In this document: positions 1-13,377 of the stretch, one piece after another
Numbering within the stretch: position 1 is the first letter of the stretch
How the letters are laid out: every line of letters starts with the position of its first letter
DNA from: Octopus sinensis
Taxonomy: Eukaryota
DNA: 64,000 bases
Assembly: GCF_006345805.1 (NCBI RefSeq)
Contig: NC_043006.1
Span: forward strand, 87,544,001-87,608,000
Direction of reading: 5' to 3'
The notes under the pieces: generated by a model
Told to the model about the DNA's origin: nothing
What the model saw: the letters and a program-made list of their open reading frames with translations, nothing else
Database searches by the model: none
Position numbers and translations under genes: made by a program

Positions 1-1657
1 AACCTCTCCAGTTAATTTTTTCCTAGTCCTTCACGCATAAACAGAATAATAACCAGACATCATCATTGAAGATTTCATTGAAGATTGCACACAAATTTCA
101 AAGATTGTATGATGGTGACATTTGTCTACAATTAGCATGTGCTTTCACAAGATATAAACACACACATACATACACACATAAACATCTGTATACACAGCAG
201 GTTTCTTTTACTCTTTGTCTACCAAATCTACTCACAAGTCCTTGCTAAACCTGAGGTTATAGAAATACTTGCCTGTACAACAGGACTGAACACAAAATTA
301 CATGGCTATGAATCAAATTCCTCAACTACACAGCCATGCCTGCACCTATATATAAATTAATATTCGTGTGTGTATGTTTTCCCTACCTGCTTGGGATTCT
401 CTTTATCAAAACATTTAACACTCACTATTCTTCATTTCTACTCCAAGGACTGCAGATCTGATTTTGCCAATACCCAATGCAACTCAAGCATTGTCTAATG
501 AAGATAAAAGTGTGAAAATTAAAGCCAACATTATTAATTACCCATTTGATTTCTGAGAGTGTTTAGTAAGGATAAAGGAAACACATGGTTCTGAATTCCA
601 TTCTTTCAATTCTAAGGCATCTCCCTTAAGAGTAGTTGTTCCTAAGAAGAAAGCCTGTCAGATATAATCACCTAAAGATCAGGTGCTTCATATTATACAT
701 CTTACTGCTCAATACACTTTTACAGATTAAGTCTACTAAGCTGTATTCATATTCATGTTAGTGTTAAAGTGATTATAATTTTTTGGATAATTAGCCTTGT
801 CTTTGGAGATTAAACATTTTCTTAATGTTTACATCAATTTTATACTTTGATCGGTTTGACCTATAAATGCAATCAAATGATTTACTCCTGTATATATGTA
901 CTTTAATGCTAGTAATGTCAGCATTCATTGTTACTGAAGCATTAATGTACAACATACATAGCCAGGAAAATGACACATGATTGATTATCAGGGAACAAAC
1001 TAATCAAAATTGAATGAAAATTTAAAAGCACAGAAAATATTTTATCTGTGATGAAATTAATATAGATTAAAAGTTATAATCTTATACTTCATCTCAGACA
1101 TGAAGACAGTTTAGTTGCGGGTGCTGATTACCATCAACTTATACTAAAATAAACAAAACTTTGATCAAAGATATTCCAGCTTTGGCCATCCTGTCTTGTT
1201 TGCTTATATATATCTAGGCCTATACTGGTCCAATTTGTCCCTCATATTTTAAGATGATAGAGTAAGATTTGAGGGAATTTAGCAGCCCCTTTTAGCAAGT
1301 TGAAGCTAATATCATATTAATGTAAGGAATGGATGGAATAACTGATATAAATGAGTTAACAAGCTCTCCACATCCAATAATACAAGAGAATCTGAGAGTA
1401 TATTTACAGCTCTTGATGTTTGTGAGTCTCAATCCAGTTTTGTATTATGCATAAAGTATTCTAAGCCTTCTCAGATTTTACTGTCTGGTATTTAATTCCA
1501 ATTTGGTGGTTGGGAGTAGTTTGAGATAAATTTTCTTTCTCAATTTCTACAATTTCAAGTTACACAATTTCAAGTAATGCTCATGTAAGGGATCAGTAGG
1601 GTGATCTGAGCCCAAATATTGCTTGCAGTAAATTTGAACAGAAGGCATTGTAGCTTA

Positions 1658-2027
1658 CATCATCATCGTTTAGCATCCGCTTTCCATGCTAGCATGGGTT
1701 GGACGGTTCAACTGGGGTCTGGGAAGCCAGAAGGCTGCACCAGGCCCAGTCTGATCTGGCAATGTTTCTATGGCTGGATGCCCTTCCTTAATGCCAACCA
1801 CTCCATGAGTGTAGTGAGTGCTTTTTACATGCCACCAGCACAGGTGCCAGACGAGTCTGGCAAACGGCTACGATCGGATGGTGCTTTTTATGTGCCACCA
1901 GCACGGGAGCCAGGCGAGGCTGGCAATGGCCATGAATGGATGGTGCTTTTTACATGCCACTGGCACGAGGCCAGTCGGGGAGGCACTGGCAATGGCCACG
2001 TTCGGATGGTTCTCTTATGTGCCACCG
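1658..2027 (-). mobile_element. RTE LINE 3' UTR fragment (5'-truncated) with ~4 units of a ~60-bp repeat
   Basis: (CAT)n tail then gtttagcatccgctttccatgctagcatgggttggacgg...ggctggatgcccttcc. The same sequence is joined to an RTE ORF C-terminus at 40061-41123. Confidence 0.85.
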
Positions 2028-4244
2028 AAATATATTTTCCCCACTCATCCATATAATTTCTTCCTTTATATATTGGTCAGGGGAAAGGAAAACAGTACTT
2101 GTAACCTTTACATATAAGTTAATCAAAAGAGACTGGAACAGTGTCTGTAACGTTCATATATAAATTAATCAGAAGTGATATGAGTTGTATCACTTAACTT
2201 TATGCATGACTTAATCGGAGGAGACAGGGCTAGTAACCATTGTCGTTATATATAAGTTAACCAAAGAAGAGAGTGGTAATATTTGCTACCTTCACAGTTC
2301 CTTACAGATTGGTATGATTGATGCGGTTATCCAAAATTGAGTATCAGCAAAAACCAAGCAGAAAGGGAACCAGGGGTCTGGTCTGAGTATTTGCAGTAGA
2401 GTGAGCTCTTATAAAGACCCAAGGACCTAGTGGTAATGGGGTTGTAGTTAAACTCCAGGGTAACCATCTTAGAGTAGACTTACGATTATCAGTGTCCCCC
2501 CTTTTTTTTTGTTCTGCTAGTATTACGCCTCAAGTCTTAAGCTTCCATTTTTTCTCAAGACTGTAGAATTTGATTTAAAACATATTTCTTACAGGTCAAA
2601 TAGCTGCTTTCTTTACTGGGTAGGGTTTTATTTAATGACCATCACACATTCTCAACCAAGCAGGGATGGTTAGTGTAAACAGTAGAGGAACATACATTTC
2701 TGGCAAAAAATTATGCATTAATTGTTGGTGGTTTAAGACGAAATATTTCCATTGAAACTTATGATGACTTCTTAGCTTAAATATCAATTTATTTATTAAA
2801 TGAAAGATTTGTAAAGATTAGAAATAATCATTCTTTGATTGACCAAAAGGAAGAGTTATGTTTATTATTATACCTATCATTGCAAGAATCAACTCTAAAG
2901 TATTTTATTGTTCAAGAGGCAACATTTTTCATATACATTCTTTATACCTTTCTACTTCAGATGACCATCTATCCAAGAGTTTGTAGAGTTATCTAAATGA
3001 GAAATATTACATTTCTTTAGGTGACCTTAAAGCTGACATTTGTACCTTTCTTTGCTTCAAAACCACCTGGATTCTATAAACAGGGCAATGGAAAGCTTTT
3101 GGGCAATTTCCAAATTCCCATTCATAGCAAGGAAAAATATATTGACTCAAAAATGTCAATTGTGTATTTAATTTTTTCTGCCCTTTTAAACTAGAAGTAA
3201 GACCAGTAGACAAACATCTACAAGGACATACATATACATACACAATTACACAGACATACATACATAACCATTATTTGTCGCTTCAGTTCACAATACAAGC
3301 TGGCATTTTTTATAATCAACTTTCTACACTGAACTTTCATTGAAAGTAACACAATCTGTTTAAAACTGCACAGTTTAGCAATATAAAGATTACTTAAAGG
3401 GACCTTAAAGAATAATTTTCATACAAATTATTATCCATCTTTGTTAACCCCCTTTATTCTCTCTCCTTCCACTAACACCACCTTGATATGAGCCAGTATT
3501 GTTGGGAGACTGTATAATCATTTATTCAGCTAGAAAAAACTGTAAAAATCTCACCCTTTCACCTTTGAAAGTGAAATGACACAGTATATAAAGTAGTTCA
3601 AGATACACTAAACTTGAAAAACATATTGGATGATCATGATGAGAATGCCTTGACCATAGGCTTACTCACCCAGAATTTACACTAATATCAGCCTCACTGT
3701 CTATAAAACCTAGTACAACTGTTACTACTTCACACAACCTCTTACTTGTCTCATTGTTTCAGTATTGAAAGCTTGTTCCTCTCTTACACACATGCATATG
3801 CAATACACTCAGTGAGCCAAGGAAACTCTTGTATAATTTTATATAGCAATGTTTGAAAAGATTTCATACTTTAGTGTTGTACTAGTAATATCCTTAACCA
3901 TTGTAAGCCAGTGAATTATCAGACTCACTAGTGGTAGATAAAATGCTTTATAGTATTTAATCACATCTCTTTACATTTTTAGTTCAAATCCTATTGAGAT
4001 CAACCCTGCCTTCCATTCTCCTCAGGGTCAATAAAATAAAGTACTTATCAATTATTAAACCAATCTTGATTTGGCCCAAGAAGTCTGGCCCAGTGTATTA
4101 AAAAAAAGTTTAATTTTCAAAATCACCCAATATTTTCTGACTCACCTCAAACAATCTATGGCATATCTGCAGATCATACACAGCATTCAAATGTATCAAC
4201 AAAATTGTTGAAAATATCTGTGCAGTTACAGATTTCACTCATAA

Positions 4245-4418
4245 GGTGCAAGCATGGCTGACTGGTAAAAAGTGTGTTTCCCAACTATGTGGGTTCAGTA
4301 CTACTGCATGGCAACCGGAGCATGTGTCTTCTACAAAAGCCTTGGGATGATCAAAGCCTTTTAAGTAGATTCAGTGGACAGAACCTGAAAGGAGTTTATT
4401 ACATGTATATGTGTGTAT
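4245..4418 (+). mobile_element. Old tRNA/CORE-like SINE, 5' half (3' half at ~5566-5826), interrupted by a PLE insertion
   Basis: Degenerate match to the SINE head at 32779 (ggctgactggtaa...gggttcagt...gtgtcttctac...aagcc...ctgaaag). Confidence 0.6.
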
Positions 4419-5531
4419 ATATGGAAAAAAGTGAAAGGGGTACAGTGAACTTGCTGTAAGGAGTGAAATATCCAATGTGTCAGATTCAATCCTTCATCAG
4501 GGGGCAGAGAAAAAGGGAAGAAAAGGTGAAAAAAGTCTAACAGAGTTCACATCTTCTCGGCTTGAAAAACTGGCTGCAACTGATAATGGATGCAGAATAA
4601 TACAGGCTTCTAATGCGAAACAAAAGTTATAGGAGAGGGCGTGCAGAAAAGAGAAGGAAATGGGTGATGGAGAGAGTAGAAGGAAGTAAATATGGGAATG
4701 TTGCAGAGAGTGTGGAAGGAGAATTAAAAAGGGTAAAAAAGAATTAAGAGGAGGTGAAAGGATGAAAGGAAAAACGTTCATTCATACCTCTTGGAAACAT
4801 AGTGCCAATATCAAATATGAGACATTGCTCTTTTCGTTTCCTAGAGAAGTGGGGTCCGTGGTGCAAGGCCATACCACACACTGATAAATCTGCAACAGAA
4901 TGATTCGCAGTGTTGAAGTGGGTGGCGACAGGTTGGCCTGGCATATGAAGCATTATGTGTTCGCAAAAGTGATCCCCAAGGCGTCACCCTGTTTCTCTTT
5001 GCTTCATATGCCAGGCCAACTTGTTGCCACCCACTTCAACATTGTGAATCATTCTATTGCAGATTTATCAGTGTGTGGTATGGCCTTGCACCACGGATCT
5101 CCCTTCTCTAGGAAACGAAAGGAGCAACATCTCATATTTGATATTGGCACTATGTTTCCAAGAGGTATGAATGAACGTTTTTTCCTTTCATCTTTTCACC
5201 TCCTCTTAATTCTTTTTTACCCTTTTTAATCCTCCTTCCACACTCTCTCTGCAACATTTCCATATTTATTTACCTCTACTCTCTCCATTACCCATTTCTT
5301 TCGCCTTTCTGCACGCCCTCTCCTATAACTTCTACTTCACATTAGCAGCCCGTCTTATTCTGCATCCATTATCAGTTGCAGCCAGTCTTTCAAACTGAGA
5401 GGATGTAAACTCTGACTTTTTTCTCCTTTCCTTCTCTTTTTCTCTGCCCCCTGACAAAGGATTGAATCTGAATTGTTGGATATTCTACTCCTCACAGCAA
5501 GTTCACTGTACCCCTTTCCCTTTTTCCATAT
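4419..5531. mobile_element. Penelope-like element 3' end as a ~530-bp-arm inverted repeat (arms 4419-4952 and 5000-5531, 47-nt spacer)
   Basis: The arms are clear reverse complements. Both encode a GIY-YIG endonuclease-like C-terminus (PVATHFNTANHSVADLSVCGM...RKRKEQ.LIFDIGTMFPRGMN) followed by a pyrimidine-rich 3' UTR. Confidence 0.85.
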
Positions 5532-5565
5532 TTTTTCAAGTCTTGCTGACACAGAGCTGTCAGAT

Positions 5566-5826
5566 TATATGTATATGTGTATGGGTGCATGCATGAATGT
5601 TTATATCTATTTGTCTTGACATCCTGTGATAGCTGTGAGTGTCACTGACATGTGAACAGTGTCCATTATTTCCAGTTTTCAATGGCCATGGGAAGATATT
5701 ACATTACTTGGAAACAGGTGAGGGTTAGTGACAGGAAGAGCATCTGGCCATAGAAAATCAGCCTCAACAAATTCTACTCAATCCATATGAGCATGGAAAA
5801 GTGGATGTTAAAACAGTAACAATGAT
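5566..5826 (+). mobile_element. SINE 3' half ending in an RTE-like tail
   Basis: ttgtcttgacatc...ggaaacaggtgagggttagtgacaggaagagcatctggccatagaaa...catggaaaagtggatgttaaaa resembles the RTE 3' end in this window. A similar segment lies at ~55215-55440. Confidence 0.6.
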
Positions 5827-6154
5827 TTATACTGCAGCAAGGGTGTACATGTTTTAAAATACAAGAATATACTTTGATTAGTTAACACAAGGTTTTCCAT
5901 AATTTTATATACTTTGATACAGTAAATTTAATATACTTGGTTTTCTTTTACTCGTTTACTGATTTTAATCCTCAGACAGCAGTCATGCTGGGACACACTC
6001 TCAAGGGTTCCTCAAGCATGAACATATTTTAATCTAGCAATTATTTAATTATTAAATACCTAAGGGGCCTTTAGACATAAACTGATGCAATACACCAATT
6101 TATATAGGTATACATAAATGCTAACATGAACAAAAACGTGTGTGTATGTGTGTA

Positions 6155-6560
6155 ATCATCATCTCATCATTATCTAATGCCCATTTTCTATGCTGGCATG
6201 GGGAAGATGGTTTGAGAGAAACTGGCATACTAGAAGACTGCACTCAGCTCTGCTACCTGTTTTGCCATGGCTTCTATGGCTGGATGCCCTTTCTAACATC
6301 AACCATTTTACAGAGTGTACTGGGTGCTTTTTAGATGGTACCAGCAGCCAGAAGGTCACCAAATAACTAGCAGGATCAGAGTATATATATATGTGTATGC
6401 ATATATACATATCATCATCATCATTTAACGTCCGTTTTCCTTTCCAGCATGGGTTGGACAGTTCGACCGGGGTCTGGAAGCCATGGAGGCTGCACCAGGC
6501 TCTAGTCTGATTTGGCAGTGTTTCTACAGTCGGATGCCCTTCCTAATGCCAACCACTCCG
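6155..6560 (-). mobile_element. Two adjacent RTE 3'-tail fragments (older 6155-6370, younger 6411-6560)
   Basis: (CAT)n tails plus tttccatgc/ggctggatgccctt motifs shared with the other RTE tails. Confidence 0.7.
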
Positions 6561-7639
6561 TGAATGTATATATATATATATATATATGTATACATGCACA
6601 CATGTACTATGCATTAGTGCAAGTGCCACAAGATCTGTCTATCTTGTATCAGTATTGTTGGCCATGTCCACTTCCGTGTGAGACTATGTGCTGCAGGTAG
6701 AGGAAGATGAATGACTTGAATTGATGCTGTCATCACTTTTGATGTGCTATCATAAGCAAGAAAAGTAAAAACAGTCACATATAGAATACATTAGTATACT
6801 GTTGCATATGGAACAGTAGTCAGTAAAATCCAGAATCCAATGAAACTAGTGATACTTTGCATCAAAAAAATTTAATTTATTTATTTTGCATAGCTGTGTT
6901 AATACATAAATCACATAAATACAGAAAAAACAAACATTCCTGAATTTATTCACAAATTCATGGACCTGTATATGCATATATACTTAAATGGGTGCCCTTT
7001 CATATGCTAAAGTGTTTTCCTAGTTTATTATAAATACTAGTTCACTTAATAATAATCAAAGGTCAAACACCTTTACATCATTTTGTGAGGTCTTGTTTCT
7101 TAATATCTATATAGAATATCATCAGTTCTTTCACTATTCTGTTGACCTTACTGCACAACAGTTTAATGTAGCTGGTTCCCTCTAATATTTCCCTGGTATT
7201 TGCCATCATTTAACACTATTATGCCTATTATTAATAATTCTTGATGCTTTATATACTGTGCTCTCAAGAGAAGAAAACAACAAAACTGAAAGCTTTGACA
7301 AGCTGTGAGGATTCTTTACATTTGAACAATGTTATTGTAAGACAGCAATTATAATATTTGGAAGTTGTTGCAGAATTAATATTTGAATAATTTATATGTA
7401 GCAGATCACAAGGGTAGTTAGCAACAAGAGCATCCATAGAATAAATTCTTTCAAGTGCTTGAAAGGCTCCCTAGAAGTAGTTAACAGCATTTGTTACCTA
7501 GGTGACTTAATCGGTAGTAGAGGTGAGGGGCTTTGAAAACAGAGTAAAGAGAATAAGAATGGAGTGAGGGAAAATTCAAGGTGATATTAGCCTTTAATGG
7601 CAACAAAGAGATTACCTCAATAAGTGAAAGGCAGATTGT

Positions 7640-8095
7640 ATTATGAATAATGATTACAAAGTGTGATTGTTGCTTTGTAGCAAAGCAGGACATCAAAAAT
7701 GGAGAATGTGTAGAAGTCGGGAAGAAATGAGGCAAGTATGCACCATTGGATGCATAATGTTAGTGCGCTTAAGCAACAGTGCTGAAAGAAAAACTAGGAA
7801 AGTGTGAACTGTAGTGTGCAAGAGAGTAAATAGTGTTGCCCATACCAGGTTCAATTAGGTAAGATGGCAGTTTGATAAAGAAGTGATGTGATCAAAGTGG
7901 ACAGTTTTTAGAAGGAGAAAGACATAGAAGGATTAGCAATGTCTGAACCCCGTGAAAAAATGACAAGGGATCTCAACAAGTGTGAGGACACCATGTTGGA
8001 GAAGATCCATACAAGTATCTATAAGTGGCAAGCAGCTGCACTATAGAAGACCTATTCAGCCCATGCAAGCTTAGAAGAATGAATGAGAAATGAGA
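7640..8095 (+). mobile_element. Very degraded RTE ORF C-terminus / 3' end
   Basis: Remnant motifs (cattggatgcataatgttagtg, gtagtgtgcaagagag, cccatgcaagc) resemble 29370-29480 and the RTE tail. No ORF remains. Confidence 0.35.
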
Positions 8096-8298
8096 ATATG
8101 AAAATTCAAATATCACTTTAAAACTCAAATATCACTTTAAAATATCACTTTAAACCCAAAGAGAATAACAAAATCTATTTACATCTGTTTCTATTTACAC
8201 AAATCAAGCTTATTATTTAAAATTTAAACTGTAGATATTCTTACATTAAATATATCTAAGGTACTTCTTATGCTTAAATAATAAATAAATGTGCCCTT

Positions 8299-8536
8299 TT
8301 AAAGCTTAGCCAGGCTCATGGGCCTGGTTTTCCGGTTTCAATGGTGTATATGTTCCCCACCTGGACAGGATGCCAGTCCATTGCAGCGTTACTCATTTTT
8401 GCCAGCTGAGTGGACTGGAGCAACGTGAAATGAAGTGTTTTGCTCAAGAACACAAAGCGTCACCCGGTCCAGGAATCGAAACCACAATCTTACGATCATG
8501 GTGCTGACACCCTAACCACTAAGCTACGCACCTCCC
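8299..8536 (-). mobile_element. tRNA-derived SINE (third family)
   Basis: The minus strand reads gggaggtgcgTAGCTTAGTGGttagg...GGTTTCGATTCCtgg (Pol III A/B boxes), then a non-tRNA body containing gcaatggactggcatcctgtccagg (V-SINE-like central motif, from recall). Confidence 0.75.
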
Positions 8537-11500
8537 CATGCTGAAATAAGCTCAGGGAAAAAACCCAGCAAATCATATTCTTGCATATTGATAATTTTCT
8601 AATTGTCAATCAGGTATTGCATCCCATCCTTGTTTTAATAACATTAAAATCTATTGCAGTCTTTTCAAGTTTTAGTCACTAGAAAGACATCAGCTCAGAC
8701 AAGAAAATAAAATTCTTGTCAACTACCATCACAGCCACATTGCTTATAGCAGTAAATAATAACACTCTAAAATTTACTTGTCCTCATCTATGTGAACTGT
8801 GATATTGACTTCTTTACAGATACAGCAAAACTCTGCTAACAAGATCTAGATCAGTGACCCTTCAAAAGAGAGACTGCTATAACAACAGATGTTAAATCTT
8901 AGAAGAAAGTATAGCAAAAATTTTTTAAAATCTTCCAGTGAGGAGATGAGATAAAAAAAAGCAATGAATGCAATATACTTGGTAAAAAGAAACAAATTCT
9001 GATCTTGTATTGACACTGTTGAGGACTTATTTGATCCTATTTTACTGATATATACAGTCATCTCTTCAAATAGCCATAAATTCTTCATTTGTCATTTTAG
9101 TATTTTCACAGAATTTTGAATTTTTTTTAACAAATGCCCATTCCAAACAAATTTGGTGCTGATTGTTGTATGTAACAACAACAACAACCAGTGTTAATGT
9201 TACAGCTAAGCATGTTAGGTTTTGCTATCTTCAATTATTTTGTTCTTAATAGGATGAGTGTAGGGAGTTAAGAGCTTTTCCCCTTTTATATTTGTTGTTA
9301 TTGTGCATGTGTGAGAAAGAGAGAATGTATGCATACATGTATGTGTGTATGCATGCATATGCTTGTATATATGTGTGTGAGAGAGAGAAAGTGTGTGTGT
9401 GTATATGAGAGAGTGTGTGACCCAGGTGAGAGTGTGAGAGAGAGCATGTGAGTGAGTGTGTGTGTGTGAGAATGGGAAAGAGAGTGTGTGTGTGTGTGTG
9501 TGTATGTGCATGTATGAGAAAGTGTGTATGCATGTGTGTATGAGAGAAAAGGGAGTGTGTGTATAAGACAGAAAGTGTGTGTGTGTGTGTATGAGAGAGA
9601 GAAAGAGAGTGTGTGTTTGTATGTATATATGTATGTATGTATGTGTGTGTGTGTGTGTGTGTGTGTGCATGAATCATGTTTGAAATGAGCCAATAAAGCC
9701 TATAATAAACTGAGTAACACCTGAGCCACAAGGAATGAATCAGAATTTCAAGAATGTAAGAGTAAAATATAAATGTCATTATTTGTTGGAAGGTGAGGAT
9801 AAAACAGTTGGTCCTTCTGGAAGGCTGAGATAGACAGAGAATAAGTGTGAAAGAAATAAGGAGAGAGAAAGAGTGAGAGACATAAAGGGAGAGAGAGAGA
9901 GTGAGAGACATAAAGGGAGAGAGAGAGAGATGCAAAATCATGTCAAAATAACTTTTTAAAGACATTGCCACTGACATTGTGAAAGGAATCTTGGCTGCTT
10001 GTTTTTCAAGCTTAGTAGATTTTGCATTTAACCATTTTCATCCAACTATCTACTTAATCTCTTGTTCTTTATTTTTCTTTTATTTCGATGTATGTCAATC
10101 TAGTACTGCAGCCATGCTAATATGTCAATACTATACATTTTAAAAAGATGACTTCGGTGAAAAATGAAAAAAAAAAAAATACATCGTAAAATCATTCTTG
10201 AGAAACAGAAACATGAAGGTCACTATGTTATCAGCAATTTTAACTCATTTGATGTATTCTTTCAGCAGTTGTTAACATAGACTAGAAGTTTAACAAAACA
10301 AAAAAATAATAAATGAATAAATAAAAAAAATATAATGATTTGATAATTTTGGCACTGTTAAAAGAAGGCTTCAAAGCATATTTTGAATGGCTTTCAATAA
10401 GTTTAAGTCTCCAATATTGTAGCAGTATTGGAGTAAATTTTTCTTAAAGAGGTAAGATCAAATGTAGATATTGTATAGAAATAAAAAAAAAATGTGAACA
10501 ATCTTGAAAAGATTGATAATATTTTCCCAGAATAGAAATGTCTTCCAGTATAGTTCCTTTCTTTCGTATTCCTCTCTCTCTCTCACCATTTTAATTTTTT
10601 TTTAACGCTTGAATATGCTTGCTCTCCCAGTAAAGGAAGCAGAAGCAATAAACCAAAAATCTGGGAAGGATGAGAAAACTAAAGTCAACCTTGGCAGGAA
10701 CTGAACTCAGATTTGTCAAGCATGAAACAGGATACTGTACATCTCTATCCTCCATACTATTTCCATTATACTACATTCTTATTTTTATTAATCTGAATAC
10801 ATATATGAGGATGAATTGAATTTTCAAATGCATTTAGCTTTTGCTATAGCAGTTGTTTTTCATTGTAGTAAACATTGTAGATCTTTTACCAATCTTTCAC
10901 CCTGCTTTATATTTCAGTAGCTATAGTTGCAACATGTGTAAATACTTGCTTCTACAATGTACATGTTGTTTGTGAAATTTCAAACAAAGAAAAATTATAG
11001 TAGAATAGAATAACATGTTTGTTTCTCGCTACTATGTATTGAGTATTTACGTATGTGTGAAGCATTTACTTATATATGTCTCGCATGGTTTTGTATGCGT
11101 GAGTTTCTTAAATGGTTTCTTGAATCACAAAGAGTTTCTGCAATGTTAAATGGATGACAAACAAATGTTTCCACTGCACAGATTAACTTCTCAGCTAAAT
11201 AAACAGAATTGAGTCGAGTTAATTGCCTTGTTTTAATGCCAATAAACCACTTGTAGCAGAATGTGAATTAACATTTCTATGTTTGATATTTGTAATATGA
11301 TCTTAGATACCCGAACATAATCCATATAGCTATAGAATCACTACATAAATAATCTGATGTATTTATGAAAGGATACATGCCTGGACACATTTTATTCTCA
11401 TTAATATGTAAAGATGCATGTTATTTCCTATAATTTATAAGATTTCTAAAGAAAAGTGGTAGGAGCAAGACAATAAGTGCAACATTAATTCAATCCATAC

Positions 11501-13377
11501 AAGATTTTAAAATTGGGGGGTCATAACTGACCCAGTCATTCAGATGCTGGTTTAAAATTCAATAGTTTGAATGTTTAAACCACTCTAATAAGTCTGTTAT
11601 CAAATTCTAAACATTTAATGTCCTACTCTGTCCAGTCAGAAGTAGATACACTGAAAAATTACATTATACAGCAAAAACATGAAATGTTTTGTTTTGTTTT
11701 TATACTTGTTGAATCAGGAAGAAGGGGCAGTGCCCATAGCCTTTATATATCCTGTTACACCAATGAAACTGAGGACATTAACATTTCTCTTGAATCTTTA
11801 CAAGTCAACATATGCAGGGATGACATGAAAAACATTAACAAAAAAGGAATTCCTGGTGTTTAGGGGTAGAGACGCAATAAGAAGTTAATATTGCACATTT
11901 TAATTTGTGGGAGGATTTGAACTTAGTGCTTGAAATTATAAAACATTCACCAGACAGCTTTAGATATTCTTTGTACCAGTAATTTAAGAAACTATCAACA
12001 CTCATTTCACTGATCACAGTATCACAGACTTAATTTAACCATAAATCTGCACAAAAATATATTTTTCTGCTTCAAACCATATCTTGTGTTCTGTTATTGA
12101 AATTTGATCATACTACTTTATTTCTGTTGGTTCCTACCATATATCTTGCACCACCACCACCACCATCATATATGAATATATTCTCATTCAATACATTAGA
12201 TGTTGTTCTTCTTCGTTTAGCCTTGGATCAGTCCTGATTGAACAAACAAATTTTTCCACCTTGTGAAGGTAATTTACCCAGTATGTCTGCTGTTCTAATG
12301 GCAACTCTGCATTTGAAAAGATATCATCATCTTATCATTATTCTACAATACATATATATATATATATCTTGTTCTGTCTGTGTATGTATGTGTAAAAGAT
12401 TATAACAGCCTTATATTTTAACTGATTTCTTCCAGACTGGGAACATTCATTACTTATGTTCCAGGGATGGTTTTAGGCTCTTAAAGTTTTTCACATAATG
12501 AGTAACACTCAGCAGAAAACACCCGTTCCTGGGTTACGTGGAGAAAGGAGGTAACACTTTGCGAAGTAACTTTCAGAAATTGATTGTTTTCCTTATATCT
12601 ATTGGTCATAAAAACAAAAAAAAATATTGCTTTTTATATTAGACATCTATATCTCTCTATCCATCTCTCTTTATCTCTACCTCTCTATATCTCTTTATCT
12701 ATATCTCTCTATCCATCTTTCTCTCTCTCTGTATCTATCTGTCTATATTTTATCTATCTATTTATATCTATTTTATTTGTCTAACTAGCTAGCTCTCTCT
12801 CTCTCTCCCCTCTTTCTATATCTCACTCTATTGTTTTCACTTTCATTTTTCAGATGCTATTGTTTTCACTTTAAGTTCAATTGCTATTGTTTTCACTGTA
12901 AGTTTTCAATTGCTATTTACAAACAGCAACAACAACAAATTACTGACAGAAAGAAGTTCACAATTACAGATGAAAGTAATTTCATACATAATTTACTGAC
13001 AGAAGTAACTTCATAAATTTCTCTTCAATCTGTACACTTTGTTAAATTTGCCTACAAATTTCTTATTTACTTTTGCAACGTTTTTCAAAAATTTTACTTA
13101 AATCCGTACACTTAGTTGATTTCCCTAACATTTTCTTATTTACTTTTGCAATGGTTTTTGTGTTTTTCTGTTGTTAACAGCTTCTTTCTGGTTCATCCGC
13201 TACTGGCTCTTTGGTTCACTAACAAATTTCACTTCAACCCATACAATTCTTTATATTCCATAAAAATTTCTTATTTATTTTCTGTCTGTTATATTAAGAA
13301 ATATAATTTCCATTACCCAGTTATTTTCATTGTTTACTATCTTCTGCACCTGTGTATTTCTGTATATGTATATAACC

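Noticed and set aside
2040-2500. Block with short internal repeats (atataagttaa) suggesting a TE
   Set aside because: No termini, TSD or coding motif to support a class.
3090-3150. YIFPCYEW as a PLAT/LH2 domain motif
   Set aside because: A single short motif without the upstream PLAT pattern; kept only as an unassigned exon candidate.
8460-8536. tRNA-like sequence (also at 32779, 46785, 54065)
   Set aside because: A/B boxes are present but run into SINE bodies, some with TSDs. No complete cloverleaf could be drawn.
10838-10935. Second possible X-box/forkhead cluster (tttgctatagcagt, gtaaaca, gtagctatagttgc)
   Set aside because: Each site has two or more mismatches, which is expected by chance at this base composition.
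11618-12017. Two modest ORFs on opposite strands, one vaguely like a hAT dimerisation domain
   Set aside because: The key conserved residues are not aligned, and there are no termini or clear splice signals.
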